Part shown: positions 27,027 to 36,519 of the stretch, one piece after another | Layout of the letters: each line of letters opens with the position of its first letter | Position numbering within the stretch: the stretch's first letter is position 1 | Program-made: the position numbers and the translations under genes | Notes under the pieces: generated by a model | Told to the model about the DNA's origin: nothing | Databases searched by the model: none | Seen by the model: the letters and a program-made list of their open reading frames with translations, nothing else | Origin: a bacterium | Lineage (GTDB): Bacteria; UBA8248 | Direction of reading: 5' to 3' | NCBI GenBank assembly: GCA_965213625.1 | Contig: CBDBZU010000004.1 | Span: 608,001 to 672,000 of the forward strand | DNA: 64,000 bases

Positions 27027-29063
27027 TCATACTTTCACGGGAGACAGAAAGACCCCGTCTCCCTCCTCGGCGTCGAGCATGGCGATACCGTCCGCGTCAA
27101 GACCCGCCGCGTTCTCGGGCAGCGCATCGTCCGCTTCCATCCATGCGCGAAGCGGCACTCCCCACTTTCCGCGCAACTCGACCAAATCCCCTTCATGAAG
27201 ACCCCGCCCCGCGAGCGTCGCCGGGTTCATGTAACACCTACGGCGGGAATCCTCGCGAGCTTTTTTATCTTTGAGTACAAGAGTCATCGCGCGTCTCGCC
27301 GCCCGGGCGGCCTGCCTGCGAGCGTGCGTTCCTTCTTCATCCAATACGCCGTCTTGTACGATTACGGCGTAATCACGCCTCGCTCCTTCTTCACTTACAT
27401 AGCCCGCCCGCACGTCGGCGAGAACCGACTCGATATCCCGCTGAAACGGGTCGCTGAATCCGCCGCCGCCCGAAGTTTCCATGACGAAAACGTCACACCT
27501 CTCAAGAGGATAACCCGCCGCCTTACCGGGGGTTTCCGTGGGCGCGAGAGTTTTCTCTCCCCTTTCAACGACGAATCGGTTGGGCATTCCCGGCCCTCCG
27601 CCGAGTACGCCAAAGGGCGGGATGACGTTCTTATCCGAGGATATCGAGAGGAGCGCGCTCTCCGCCAACACCTCCACCTCGCGGTGTAAGCCCAGCCCGC
27701 CTCTGTGGACGCCGGCTCCGCCCGAATCCACACGCAGGGAGAGTTCCCTTATCCTGAGCGGCTGGCCCTGCTCGATGACCTCGACCGACTGGATCGATGC
27801 GAAATCCCCTTCCGTGAAATTCCGCGTGGCGTTGTTGCCGTCGCTCTCTGCGAAGCCGCCCGTGCCGCCCGCCGGAAACTCGTAGAAGAGAAACGGCTCC
27901 CCGCTTTGCGCGTCCCTCCCGCCGATGTAGACGTGGTTCGACGTGCCCTTGAGATCGCCCGTCACGGCATCGGACGCGAAGCGCGCGGTGGCGCCGATGA
28001 GAACGGAGACCACGGCGTGGCTCACCTCCATCGAGCCTGCACAACTCGCCGGGTAGCGCGCCGAAAGCAGCGAGCCGGGCTCGACCCGGATGGTAAGCGG
28101 ACGGAAGGCCCCGTGGTTGATGGCGCCCTTGGGGTCCAGGAACGCCTTGATGACGCTGAAGGCGGCGGATGGCGCCATCGCGGGGCCCACGTTGTAGGCG
28201 CCTTTCGTCTGCGGGTCTGTTCCGTGAAAATCGACTATCAGCTCATCGCCCGATTTTTCCACCCGCGCTCGGATGCGTATCGGTTCGAGCGAGTGGCCGT
28301 CATGATCCATGAAATGCTCGTAGGTGGATTCCCCGTCGGGCAGGGCGGCGATTCTGCGCCGCATGGAGGCTTCGGCGCGCTCGAGCAGGCGATCCTTCGC
28401 GGCGAGGATGACCTCCCAGTCGTATTTCGCGGCCAGTTCCTCCAGCCGCTTGTGAGCGGTGTGGCAGGTGGCCAGCATGGCGAAAAAATCTCCGCGCCGC
28501 TCCTCGGGAACCCGCATGTTGTGCAGGAGAAGGTCGAGAATCCCCTCGTTGAGCTCCCCCTTCTCGATGATCCGCAAGATGGGGATGCGCACCCCGTCGT
28601 GGAGAATCTCGGTGTTCTTCCCGGAAATGCTCCCCGGCGTCGTGCCGCCCACGTCACCCCAGTGCGCGCGGACGACGGGGTAGACCGCCATTTCCCCGCC
28701 ATGAAACAGGGGCGAGATGATCGCCACATCGTTCAGGTGCGTTCCGCCCGTATAGGGGTCGTTGTGGATGAAAACGTCGCCCGGATGGATGTCGCCCCCG
28801 AAGCGCTCGAGCATTTCTCCGACTTCCATCGGCACCGGGAAGATATGAACGGGGTTGTCCTCCGCCATGGCGACGAGCTGTCCCTCGCCGTCCACGAGCA
28901 CGCAGGAGAAATCGTGCCCCTCGTAGATGATGGAGGAATACGCCGTGCGCACCATGTTCGCGCGCATCTCCCGGACGACGGCGACGAAGGATTCGTTGAT
29001 GACTTCCAGGGTTATGGGGTCTATTTCCCCGCTAATTTCCCGGTACATGGATTCCCCGTTCAT
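27027..29063 (-). CDS. Hydantoinase B/oxoprolinase subunit with extra C-terminal domain
   Basis: DPITLEVI, RTAYS, NDPY.GGTHLND, HWGDVGG, DSGGAG.HRGG.G, GGGGFSDP..R. Confidence 0.93.
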   Translation of the reverse strand: MNGESMYREISGEIDPITLEVINESFVAVVREMRANMVRTAYSSIIYEGHDFSCVLVDGEGQLVAMAEDNPVHIFPVPMEVGEMLERFGGDIHPGDVFIHNDPYTGGTHLNDVAIISPLFHGGEMAVYPVVRAHWGDVGGTTPGSISGKNTEILHDGVRIPILRIIEKGELNEGILDLLLHNMRVPEERRGDFFAMLATCHTAHKRLEELAAKYDWEVILAAKDRLLERAEASMRRRIAALPDGESTYEHFMDHDGHSLEPIRIRARVEKSGDELIVDFHGTDPQTKGAYNVGPAMAPSAAFSVIKAFLDPKGAINHGAFRPLTIRVEPGSLLSARYPASCAGSMEVSHAVVSVLIGATARFASDAVTGDLKGTSNHVYIGGRDAQSGEPFLFYEFPAGGTGGFAESDGNNATRNFTEGDFASIQSVEVIEQGQPLRIRELSLRVDSGGAGVHRGGLGLHREVEVLAESALLSISSDKNVIPPFGVLGGGPGMPNRFVVERGEKTLAPTETPGKAAGYPLERCDVFVMETSGGGGFSDPFQRDIESVLADVRAGYVSEEGARRDYAVIVQDGVLDEEGTHARRQAARAARRAMTLVLKDKKAREDSRRRCYMNPATLAGRGLHEGDLVELRGKWGVPLRAWMEADDALPENAAGLDADGIAMLDAEEGDGVFLSPVKV

Positions 29064-29221
29064 AAAGACGTGGCCGATGGCCGCATCTTAGCCCGAACGG
29101 GGAGGTTTATTCACCCGGCTCCCGTGTACGGGCGAGAGTCCAGACAAAGGGTTTCGAGTGAAAGCGGAACGGCTTCCGGTGTTGTCGAATCTTTAGGGAG
29201 ATGCAGCAGAGTACCCGGAGA

Positions 29222-31375
29222 TTAAACCGGAGTGAGTGAAGCGCGTTTCTCCTCGCGCTCGATGCGCACGGCGCAGCACTTGAGTTCCGGTTGGTGGGAT
29301 ACCGGATCGAGCGCGGGGTTGGTGACGCGGTTCACGTTCGTCTCGGGATGGAACGACTCGCCCCAGTGCATCGGCATGAAGAGAAGCCCCCGCCGGATGC
29401 GGCTCGTGTATCTGGCGCGGGCGTATGTTCTTCCCCTGCGACCGATGAGGAAAATCCATTCTCCTTCTTTCACGCGGTGGCGGGCGGCGTCATCGGGATG
29501 AATCTCGATGAAAGGCTCGGGCTCCTGGCTGACGAGTTGGGGCACCTTCATTGTGCGCGTCCCCGTATGCCAATGCTGGGCCACACGGCCCGTGGTGAGG
29601 GTCATGGGATATTGGGCGTCTGCGGCTTCATCCGGCGGCTTGTGGGCGCAGGGCATGAACTTCGCCCGGCCGGATTCAGTCGCGAACCTGCCTCTCAGAT
29701 AGCGCCTCGGCGTGCCAGGATGCCTCGGGTGGGGACACGGCCATTGCATGGGGGCCTGCCTCAGCCGCTCGTCCGTCATCCCCGCCATATCACAGGACGT
29801 GCCTGCGGTGAGGCGGCGGAACTCGTTCCAGACATCCTCGTGGGAGGCGAAGTCGAATCCATCGAAACCCATTTCCCCGGCGATTTGCGATGCGATCCAC
29901 CAATCGGGCATCGCCTCGCCCGGCGGGTCGAGAAACTTCTCACTCCACACGACGAGGCGTTCGCTGTTCGTCATCGTCCCTTCCTTCTCGCCCCATTGCG
30001 CGACGGGCAGGAGAACGTCCGCGAACTCCGCCGTCTCCGTCGGGAAATAGCAATCCTGCACGATGACGAGTTCCGCCCGCCTGAGACCCTCGCGCGCTAC
30101 TTTGACGTCCGGCATGGTGACGGCGGGGTTCGTCGCGGCTATCCACATGGCGCGAATCTCTCCCTCCGCCGCCGCCTGAAACATGGGCACGGCCGTCAGG
30201 CCCGGCTCGGTCGAGATGCTCTCCGGCCGGATTCCCCAGGCGCCTTCCAGGTAGGCGCGGTGCGCATCGTTCGCTACGAGGCGATGGCCGGGCAACTGGT
30301 GAGACAGGTAACCCACCTCGCGGCCACCCATGGCGTTGGGCTGGCCCGTCAGCGAGAACGGACCCGCCCCTTTTTTCCCGATCTCTCCGAGTTGGAGGTG
30401 TAAGTTCTGAAGCGCCAGACATTTCTCCACGCCTTGGGTGCTCTGGTTTGTCCCCTGACAGTAAAAGCTGAGCAGTCTGCAAGGCGTCGAAAGATATTCC
30501 ACCATCTCGTCGACCCGGGCGGGGTGGATATCGCACGTCTTGAGGAGGACTTCTTCATCCAGCGCTTTGAGATGCGCGGCGTATGAGGAAAAGTCCTCCG
30601 TTCGCCTTCTGATGAATGGCGCATCCATCCTGCCGATTCCCAGGAGTCTCTTGGAAAGGAGTTGCAGAAACGCCACGTCGCTTCCCGGCGCCAGGCGTAT
30701 GTGAACATCCGCGAACTCCGCTGTGGGGTTCGAGCGCGGATCGACGACGACCACCCGCACGTTTCCGCCCTTCACGCGGCGCTTACGGATCATCTGGAAA
30801 AGAACCGGGTGGTTCTCCGCCATGTTCGCGCCGATGATGAGGATGACTCCGGCGTGCTGGATGTCGTCGTAGCACGTCGGAGGCGCGTCGGAACCGAAGG
30901 ATTGCGTATAGGCGGCCACCGCGCTCGACATGCACAGGCGGCTGTTGGTGTCCATGTTGTTCGTCTGGAGATAGCCCTTGAAGAGTTTCGTGAAAAGATA
31001 GGACGCCTCGGTGTCGAGTTGGCCGGATCCATAAAATCCGACGCTGTCCCGCCCGTGTTCCTTTTGTATCTCTAGGAGTCTTACCGCGGCGAAGTCGATG
31101 GCTTCCTCCCAGGAAACGCGGGTCGGCGCCATGCCACGGTGGCGGCGAATCAAGGGATATTTGAGTCTTCCCGATTCATCGAATACTTCTTTCAGATAAG
31201 CGCCCTTTGGACACAGCATGCCGAAATTGGGCGCCTGATCCTTATCGGCCCCGATTTTGATGATCTTGTTATTGCGCACTTTGGCCGTGATGACGCACCC
31301 CACGCCGCAGTAAGGACACACCGCCTTGCCCGAACGGATTGATGCGTCTATCTCATCCACATCCATACGTTGCAC
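29222..31375 (-). CDS. nasA: Assimilatory nitrate reductase (Mo-bis-PGD, NasA/NarB type)
   Basis: CPYCGVGC...LCPKG [4Fe-4S] motif, YGSGQL, DTNSRLCMSSA, LTGQPNAMGGRE, LTTGR...WHT.TRT, QPELK. Confidence 0.93.
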   Translation of the reverse strand: MQRMDVDEIDASIRSGKAVCPYCGVGCVITAKVRNNKIIKIGADKDQAPNFGMLCPKGAYLKEVFDESGRLKYPLIRRHRGMAPTRVSWEEAIDFAAVRLLEIQKEHGRDSVGFYGSGQLDTEASYLFTKLFKGYLQTNNMDTNSRLCMSSAVAAYTQSFGSDAPPTCYDDIQHAGVILIIGANMAENHPVLFQMIRKRRVKGGNVRVVVVDPRSNPTAEFADVHIRLAPGSDVAFLQLLSKRLLGIGRMDAPFIRRRTEDFSSYAAHLKALDEEVLLKTCDIHPARVDEMVEYLSTPCRLLSFYCQGTNQSTQGVEKCLALQNLHLQLGEIGKKGAGPFSLTGQPNAMGGREVGYLSHQLPGHRLVANDAHRAYLEGAWGIRPESISTEPGLTAVPMFQAAAEGEIRAMWIAATNPAVTMPDVKVAREGLRRAELVIVQDCYFPTETAEFADVLLPVAQWGEKEGTMTNSERLVVWSEKFLDPPGEAMPDWWIASQIAGEMGFDGFDFASHEDVWNEFRRLTAGTSCDMAGMTDERLRQAPMQWPCPHPRHPGTPRRYLRGRFATESGRAKFMPCAHKPPDEAADAQYPMTLTTGRVAQHWHTGTRTMKVPQLVSQEPEPFIEIHPDDAARHRVKEGEWIFLIGRRGRTYARARYTSRIRRGLLFMPMHWGESFHPETNVNRVTNPALDPVSHQPELKCCAVRIEREEKRASLTPV

Positions 31376-31475
31376 TCCCGCATTTCAAAACGCGTTCATC
31401 GCCGAGCGGCAAGGGAAGACGCAGCCCGCGATGCCGACTGCGCATTCCTCATAACCGGAATAAAGGGCGTCCGCC

Positions 31476-32822
31476 CTAGGCTGCCGGGCGCATACCCACT
31501 TGCTCCCTCTCGTTGAGCGCCGCCGCCAGGGCTTCTTTCTCCCGGGAGATCACTTCGGGCGTGAACTGCACCGCAAGCGCCAGGACGGAACATGCCGCCA
31601 CCGTCGCGCCCAGGTAGAAAAGGGCTTCCTGCGTCGTCAGACCCTCGGCGCGGAACAGGAAGCCGGCCGCCACGGCGCCCGCGTTTCCGCCTGCGCCCAC
31701 GATACCGGCCACCGCGCCCAGCGCCTTTTTATTTATAAAGGGAACGATGCCATAGGTGGCCCCCTCCGCCATCTGAACGAACAGGCTAAAGATGAGCATC
31801 GCCGGAACCGCTAACAACAGCGTCTCCATGTTCGCGAAAATCATGAGCGCGATTCCTTCGAGAAATATAACGATACCCATGAACCAGACCCGGCCCTTGA
31901 GGCCGCCGCGCACGGCCACTTTGTCGGAAAACACGCCGCCCAGCGTTCTGGCGAAGATGTTCATGAGTCCGAAAAGACCCGCGATGAGACCGGCTGTCTT
32001 GATGTCCAGCTTGAAGTGGTCGAAATAATAAAGGGCGGCGACGTTGTTGATGGTGAGTTCCACGCCGAAACAGGCCGCGTATATGATGAACAGCGCCCAC
32101 ACGCGGTAGTCCTTCGCCGCGAGTTTGAACGACGTCCACCCCGAACCCTTGGCCGGCTCCATCTCGCCTCGTTCGCGAAGCTCCTTGTAGTTGCCGTCCG
32201 GCGCGTCCTGGGTGAGAAAATAGTAGGCGATACCCGTCAGGAACAGCCCCAATCCGGGAACGACCATGGCCAGACGCCAGCCCAGGAATTTATCCGCGCC
32301 GAAGGTGAGGGCCGCCGCGAACACCAGCGGCATGGCCATCTGCGTGACGCCCCCGCCAAGGTTCCCCCACCCGGCGGTCGTGGCGTTGGCGGTTCCCACG
32401 CAGTTGGGCGCGAACATGACCGAGGTGTGGTATTGCGTGATGACGAACGAAGCGCCGATAGCCCCGATGGCGAGGCGGAAAAGCAAAAAGGTCTCGTAGC
32501 TGTTGGCGAGGCCGATTCCCATGACGGGTATGGAACCCAGAACCAGCAGCGCCGAGTACACCAGCCGCGCGCCGTAGCGATCGCACAAGGGGCCGATGAG
32601 TAGGCGCACCAGAACCGTGATGGCGACCGAGGCGATAATGGTGTTGCCGATTTGCGCTTTTGTGAGAAGCAATTCCTCGCGTACGACCGCCATGAGCGGC
32701 GCGATGCCGAACCAGCCGAAAAAGCATAGAAAGAAGGCGAACCACGTCACGTGAAATGCTCGCATCTGCGGGGTCTTGAAGTCGGTGAGACGGATTCGAG
32801 TCGCTTTGTTCGCAAAATCCAT
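31476..32822 (-). CDS. narK: NarK/NRT2-type nitrate/nitrite MFS transporter
   Basis: MRAFH.TWFAFF, ANATTAGWGNLGGG and AGIVGAGGN nitrate signature motifs; start ATG 32822 with GGAG RBS. Confidence 0.92.
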   Translation of the reverse strand: MDFANKATRIRLTDFKTPQMRAFHVTWFAFFLCFFGWFGIAPLMAVVREELLLTKAQIGNTIIASVAITVLVRLLIGPLCDRYGARLVYSALLVLGSIPVMGIGLANSYETFLLFRLAIGAIGASFVITQYHTSVMFAPNCVGTANATTAGWGNLGGGVTQMAMPLVFAAALTFGADKFLGWRLAMVVPGLGLFLTGIAYYFLTQDAPDGNYKELRERGEMEPAKGSGWTSFKLAAKDYRVWALFIIYAACFGVELTINNVAALYYFDHFKLDIKTAGLIAGLFGLMNIFARTLGGVFSDKVAVRGGLKGRVWFMGIVIFLEGIALMIFANMETLLLAVPAMLIFSLFVQMAEGATYGIVPFINKKALGAVAGIVGAGGNAGAVAAGFLFRAEGLTTQEALFYLGATVAACSVLALAVQFTPEVISREKEALAAALNEREQVGMRPAA

Positions 32823-32856
32823 TTCTGTCTCCTTTTTTAGACTTGGTTTGGCGTGT

Positions 32857-34368
32857 TTATTTTCTCGTGATGTACGGAACGACCCGGGACAACAGTTCCG
32901 GTAGTTCGTCACACGGCACGTTCTCCAGAAGTTTTTGGGGGACTTTTGAGTCCGGGCCGGTCTTTCCCTTCAAGAACACGTCTACTGCGTCGACGACCTC
33001 CTTGCCCCGGCGCGCCTTCTTGCCGAGTAGGCCGATGTCCGCAGCGGCATGGTTCCCGCAGGCGTTGGGGCATCCAGACCAGTGGATCGTCACGGGCAAG
33101 GTTTGCCCCACCTGGTTCTCCAATTGCTTTCCGAGCTCAATCGCGTGTTCTTTGGTTTCGATGGTGGCGAAGTGGCAGTAGTCGATGCCCGTGCAGCTCA
33201 CCATTCCGCGAATCACCTCGGGCGGGTCGTAGCGAAGCTCTTTCAGAAGCGGCTCTTGTGTGAAATCGCCTACCCTGGCGTCGGGGATCCCCGCGATGAT
33301 GATGTTTTGAGACGGCGTGAGGCGGATGTCCCCGCTTCCGTAGTCGTCTGCGAGACGCGATGCCTCGAAGAGTTGCCGGGAGGTGATGCGCCCGACGGGA
33401 ACCACGAGACCCGCGTAATTCAGCCCGGCTCCCTTTTGCCGGAAGATGCCCACATGGGGATTCTTGGCCTTCCTGTCTCTGGCGTCTTCACCTGCTGTGA
33501 CGAGCGGAAAACCCGCTCTGCTCTCCAGTTCTTCGCGGAATTTCTCCGCGCCCCACTCCTGAATCAAAAACGCCAGGCGGTTTTTCTTGCGGTTGCCGCG
33601 AGAGCCGTTGTCTCTGAAAACGCGCGTGATGTTCGCGCACAACTCGGCCGCTTCTTCAGGCAGAACGAAGACGTCCAGCGGCGTGGCGACCGTGTATCCG
33701 CCCGAACCCATCTTCCCGCCCACGGCGACGTTGAAGCCTTTTATCTTCTCCCCACCCATTTCCTTGAAAGCGGGAGTGAGAGAAATATCCTGAGCCTCGC
33801 CGTGCGTGCAATTCTCGCAACATCCCGTGATCGTGACGTTGAACTTGCGCGGCAGGTTCGTGAATTCACGGTTGTCTACGATGATCTCGTCGAACTGCCT
33901 GACGACAGCCGATGCGTCGAAGAGTTCTTTTGGGGTCAGGCCTGCAGCGGGACAGCCCATAATGCCGCGGATGTTGTCCATTCCAGTCTGACGCGAATGC
34001 AGGCCGACGTCTTCGAGTCTTCGCCAGATTTCCTCCACCCGGTCTATCGCCACCCCGCGCAACTGGATCTGCTGGCGCGTGGTGATGTCCGCATGGCCTG
34101 GACCGAACTCATCGCTGATGTGGGCGATTACGCGGAATTGTTCGGAATTCATCAATCCGTTCGAGGAGCGCAGGCGCATCATGAAGTGTCCGGGCGTCTG
34201 TTTGCGGAAAAACACCCCGCGCCACTTCAACCGCTCTTTGTCGTCATCCGGAATCGCCTCCCAACCCTCGCTCACGAACCGCGCGATATCTTCTGCGATG
34301 TCGAAGGGGTCTTTCTCCGCCTTGATTTCCTCGATTTTGTTGATTTTCTGATCCGAAACCACCCGCAT
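32857..34368 (-). CDS. nirA: Ferredoxin-nitrite reductase (siroheme)
   Basis: ITTRQQIQL, NLPRKFN, SCTGIDYCHFA and HWSGCPNACG Cys ligands; probable start ATG 34368. Confidence 0.92.
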   Translation of the reverse strand: MRVVSDQKINKIEEIKAEKDPFDIAEDIARFVSEGWEAIPDDDKERLKWRGVFFRKQTPGHFMMRLRSSNGLMNSEQFRVIAHISDEFGPGHADITTRQQIQLRGVAIDRVEEIWRRLEDVGLHSRQTGMDNIRGIMGCPAAGLTPKELFDASAVVRQFDEIIVDNREFTNLPRKFNVTITGCCENCTHGEAQDISLTPAFKEMGGEKIKGFNVAVGGKMGSGGYTVATPLDVFVLPEEAAELCANITRVFRDNGSRGNRKKNRLAFLIQEWGAEKFREELESRAGFPLVTAGEDARDRKAKNPHVGIFRQKGAGLNYAGLVVPVGRITSRQLFEASRLADDYGSGDIRLTPSQNIIIAGIPDARVGDFTQEPLLKELRYDPPEVIRGMVSCTGIDYCHFATIETKEHAIELGKQLENQVGQTLPVTIHWSGCPNACGNHAAADIGLLGKKARRGKEVVDAVDVFLKGKTGPDSKVPQKLLENVPCDELPELLSRVVPYITRK

Positions 34369-34474
34369 CTGATTTCTCTCCCGAGTCGATGAAACCTGAA
34401 GCACAAACCCTGGTGGAGACCATGCTCATCTCCCTCACCAGGAGTATGAATAGCAGACGGGAGGCGGGTCGGTG

Positions 34475-34560
34475 GTTTCCATAATTTTAAATATGTGTTT
34501 CCTTTGCGTGAAAGTTATGTTGCCACCTTGTTACGTGATGCTTTGTTTCAGGTGTGTTTC
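34475..34560 (-). promoter_or_regulatory. Array of 11-bp-phased direct repeats (GlnR/OmpR-type boxes) upstream of nirA
   Basis: Minus strand: GAAAC-n6-GAAAC (34560-34545), then GTAAC-n6-GCAAC-n6-TTCAC-n6-GAAAC (34534-34497) and GAAAC (34479-34475), 22 bp further and in phase. Confidence 0.55.
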
Positions 34561-34618
34561 AAGGCGGACATTCGTGCAGAAACACCGCAATGTACGGATT
34601 TCTTCAAAGGAGACCCGC

Positions 34619-35275
34619 ATGGATTCGGACGCTGCTTTTTTCTCGGACGTCGAGACGGCGACGCTCGGCGACGCCGCCACGGCCCTGGGGCTTAATCTCA
34701 TCATGGAAGGCCCCCGGCCCAACGCGCCCGAGACTTATCCACGGTTCGCAGGACCCGCCGCCACCATGGTGTTCGCGCCGGTGCGGGACCCGGGAGCCAA
34801 GGCCCTGTTCAGCCTCTATGACGCGGTGGAAGAAGTGCCCGCGGGCTCGGTGGTCGTCGTCGATGCGGCGAGCTCTCCCCTGGCCGTTTGGGGCGGGGGC
34901 GCGAGCAGCGTCTGCAAAAGACGCGGCGCCGTCGGCTGCGTGATCGACGGGGCGACGCGCGATCTCGAAGCCCTCCGCGATCTCGATTTCCCCGTGTTCA
35001 GCAAATCGGTGTGGAGCCTCGCCTTCCCGAAGCGCCTGGAAGTCGTGGCGAAAGACTCATCCATAACCTGCTGCGGGGTGCGGGTGGAACCAGGCGACAT
35101 GGTCGTCGCGGATATCGACGGCGTGGCCGTCGTTCCGCAAAGTTCTCTGAAAAAGGTGAAACGGCAGGTCACCCGGATTCGGGATATCGAAAACGAGGTA
35201 AAAGGCCGCATCGCCCAGGGAGAATCGATGCGCGACCTCTTCCCCCGCCTCGCGCAGAAGTTCGACACCGATTGA
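34619..35275 (+). CDS. RraA/HMG aldolase family protein
   Basis: TATLGDA, FAGPA.T, AVWGG, VIDGATRD, V.PGDMVVAD.DGVAVVP; GGAG RBS before ATG 34619. Confidence 0.88.
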   Translation: MDSDAAFFSDVETATLGDAATALGLNLIMEGPRPNAPETYPRFAGPAATMVFAPVRDPGAKALFSLYDAVEEVPAGSVVVVDAASSPLAVWGGGASSVCKRRGAVGCVIDGATRDLEALRDLDFPVFSKSVWSLAFPKRLEVVAKDSSITCCGVRVEPGDMVVADIDGVAVVPQSSLKKVKRQVTRIRDIENEVKGRIAQGESMRDLFPRLAQKFDTD

Positions 35276-35305
35276 AGCGGCGCAAACGATTTACGGGAGA
35301 AGACC

Positions 35306-36406
35306 ATGACGCATGAGGTTTCAGCCGTCGTAGAGACGCCCGGAAAAATCAGCTTACAGGAATTTCCCTTGCCGGAGATAGGTGATGAGGACGGCCTGCT
35401 CCACGTCGACATGGTGGGGGTCTGCTCGTCTGATTATAAATACTTTAACGGCAAGGTCGCTCACAGATGGAGCTACCCCATCATAATGGGCCACGAGATG
35501 GTGGGCCGCCTCGCCAAGGTCGGGAAAAACGTCCAGAAACGCCTCGGCGTCAAGGAGGGCGACCGCCTTGTGGTGGAGGCGCAGGTGGGCTGCAACCAGT
35601 GCTGGTACTGCCACACCGGCAACCGGCGCCTGTGCAAGGACGCGATGGTCTACGGCAGCGTCCGCTCATGTGCTGAGCCACCTCACCTGTGGGGCGCTTA
35701 CGGGCAATACGTCTACCTGCCGCCGGGCGTGGGAATCCACAAGGCGCCCGATGGTCTTACGGATGAATCCGCCGTGCTCATCACCGCCGTGCTGGCGAAC
35801 GGGGTGCGGTGGGCGCACGATCTGGGCGGCATCTCGGTCGGCGACGCCGTGGTGGTGCAAGGCCCCGGTCCCCAGGGTTTATGCGCTTGCGCCGTGGCGA
35901 AGCACACAGGCGCCGGACAGGTAATCGTCACCGGCCTCGCGCGCGACGCGAAGCGCCTGGAGGCGGCGAAGCGCTTCGGTGCGGACCACGCCATCGACAT
36001 AGAGGCCGCAGACCCCGAGGAAGAAGTCCGCAAGCTCACGGACGGGCGCATGGCGGACGTGGTGGTCGACGTGACGGGCAGCCCTGCCGCCGCGAGCCTC
36101 GCCCCCAGGCTCGTCCGCAGGCTGGGAACGGTGGTTCTGGCCGGACTCACCGGCGGGAAGGAAGGAACTCTGGAACTGGACCCTCTCGTGTGGGGCGAAA
36201 TCCGCATCCAGGGTGCATACAGCCACACGAGCGACGCCGTGCGGGGCGCGCTCGACTTCGCGGCCAACTCGCCCTATCCCTTCTCGGAGATGGTGACCCA
36301 CCGCTTCCCGCTCGCCGAGGCGGAGCGCGCCGTGCGCATCACGGGCGGGGAATTTCCCGAAGAAGAACAGGTCAAAACTGTGCTCCAGCCGTGGCGCGAC
36401 CTCTAG
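35306..36406 (+). CDS. Zinc-dependent alcohol dehydrogenase (MDR family)
   Basis: GVCSSD, MGHE..G, C..C..C.......C structural Zn site, QGPGPQG. Confidence 0.93.
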   Translation: MTHEVSAVVETPGKISLQEFPLPEIGDEDGLLHVDMVGVCSSDYKYFNGKVAHRWSYPIIMGHEMVGRLAKVGKNVQKRLGVKEGDRLVVEAQVGCNQCWYCHTGNRRLCKDAMVYGSVRSCAEPPHLWGAYGQYVYLPPGVGIHKAPDGLTDESAVLITAVLANGVRWAHDLGGISVGDAVVVQGPGPQGLCACAVAKHTGAGQVIVTGLARDAKRLEAAKRFGADHAIDIEAADPEEEVRKLTDGRMADVVVDVTGSPAAASLAPRLVRRLGTVVLAGLTGGKEGTLELDPLVWGEIRIQGAYSHTSDAVRGALDFAANSPYPFSEMVTHRFPLAEAERAVRITGGEFPEEEQVKTVLQPWRDL

Positions 36407-36519
36407 GCGGCCCGAAAACGCCTGGTTGACCCCGATTCCATGCTTCTGTACAAGGGATACATACTGAAAAAGCGGAATTCCGATCACCGGGCACTCGCTT
36501 CCCCATAGGGGGTTATTCC

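Noticed and set aside
27705-29225. Long antisense ORFs (also 12408-13748, 33049-34392, 43803-45188, 58147-59637)
   Set aside because: Mirror frames of well-supported genes in high-GC3 DNA; no recognisable domains.
29222-34368. Respiratory nitrate reduction or nitrite oxidation
   Set aside because: No TAT signal and no NarH/NarI or NapB/C partners; linkage to a siroheme NirA and an NRT2-type transporter indicates assimilation.
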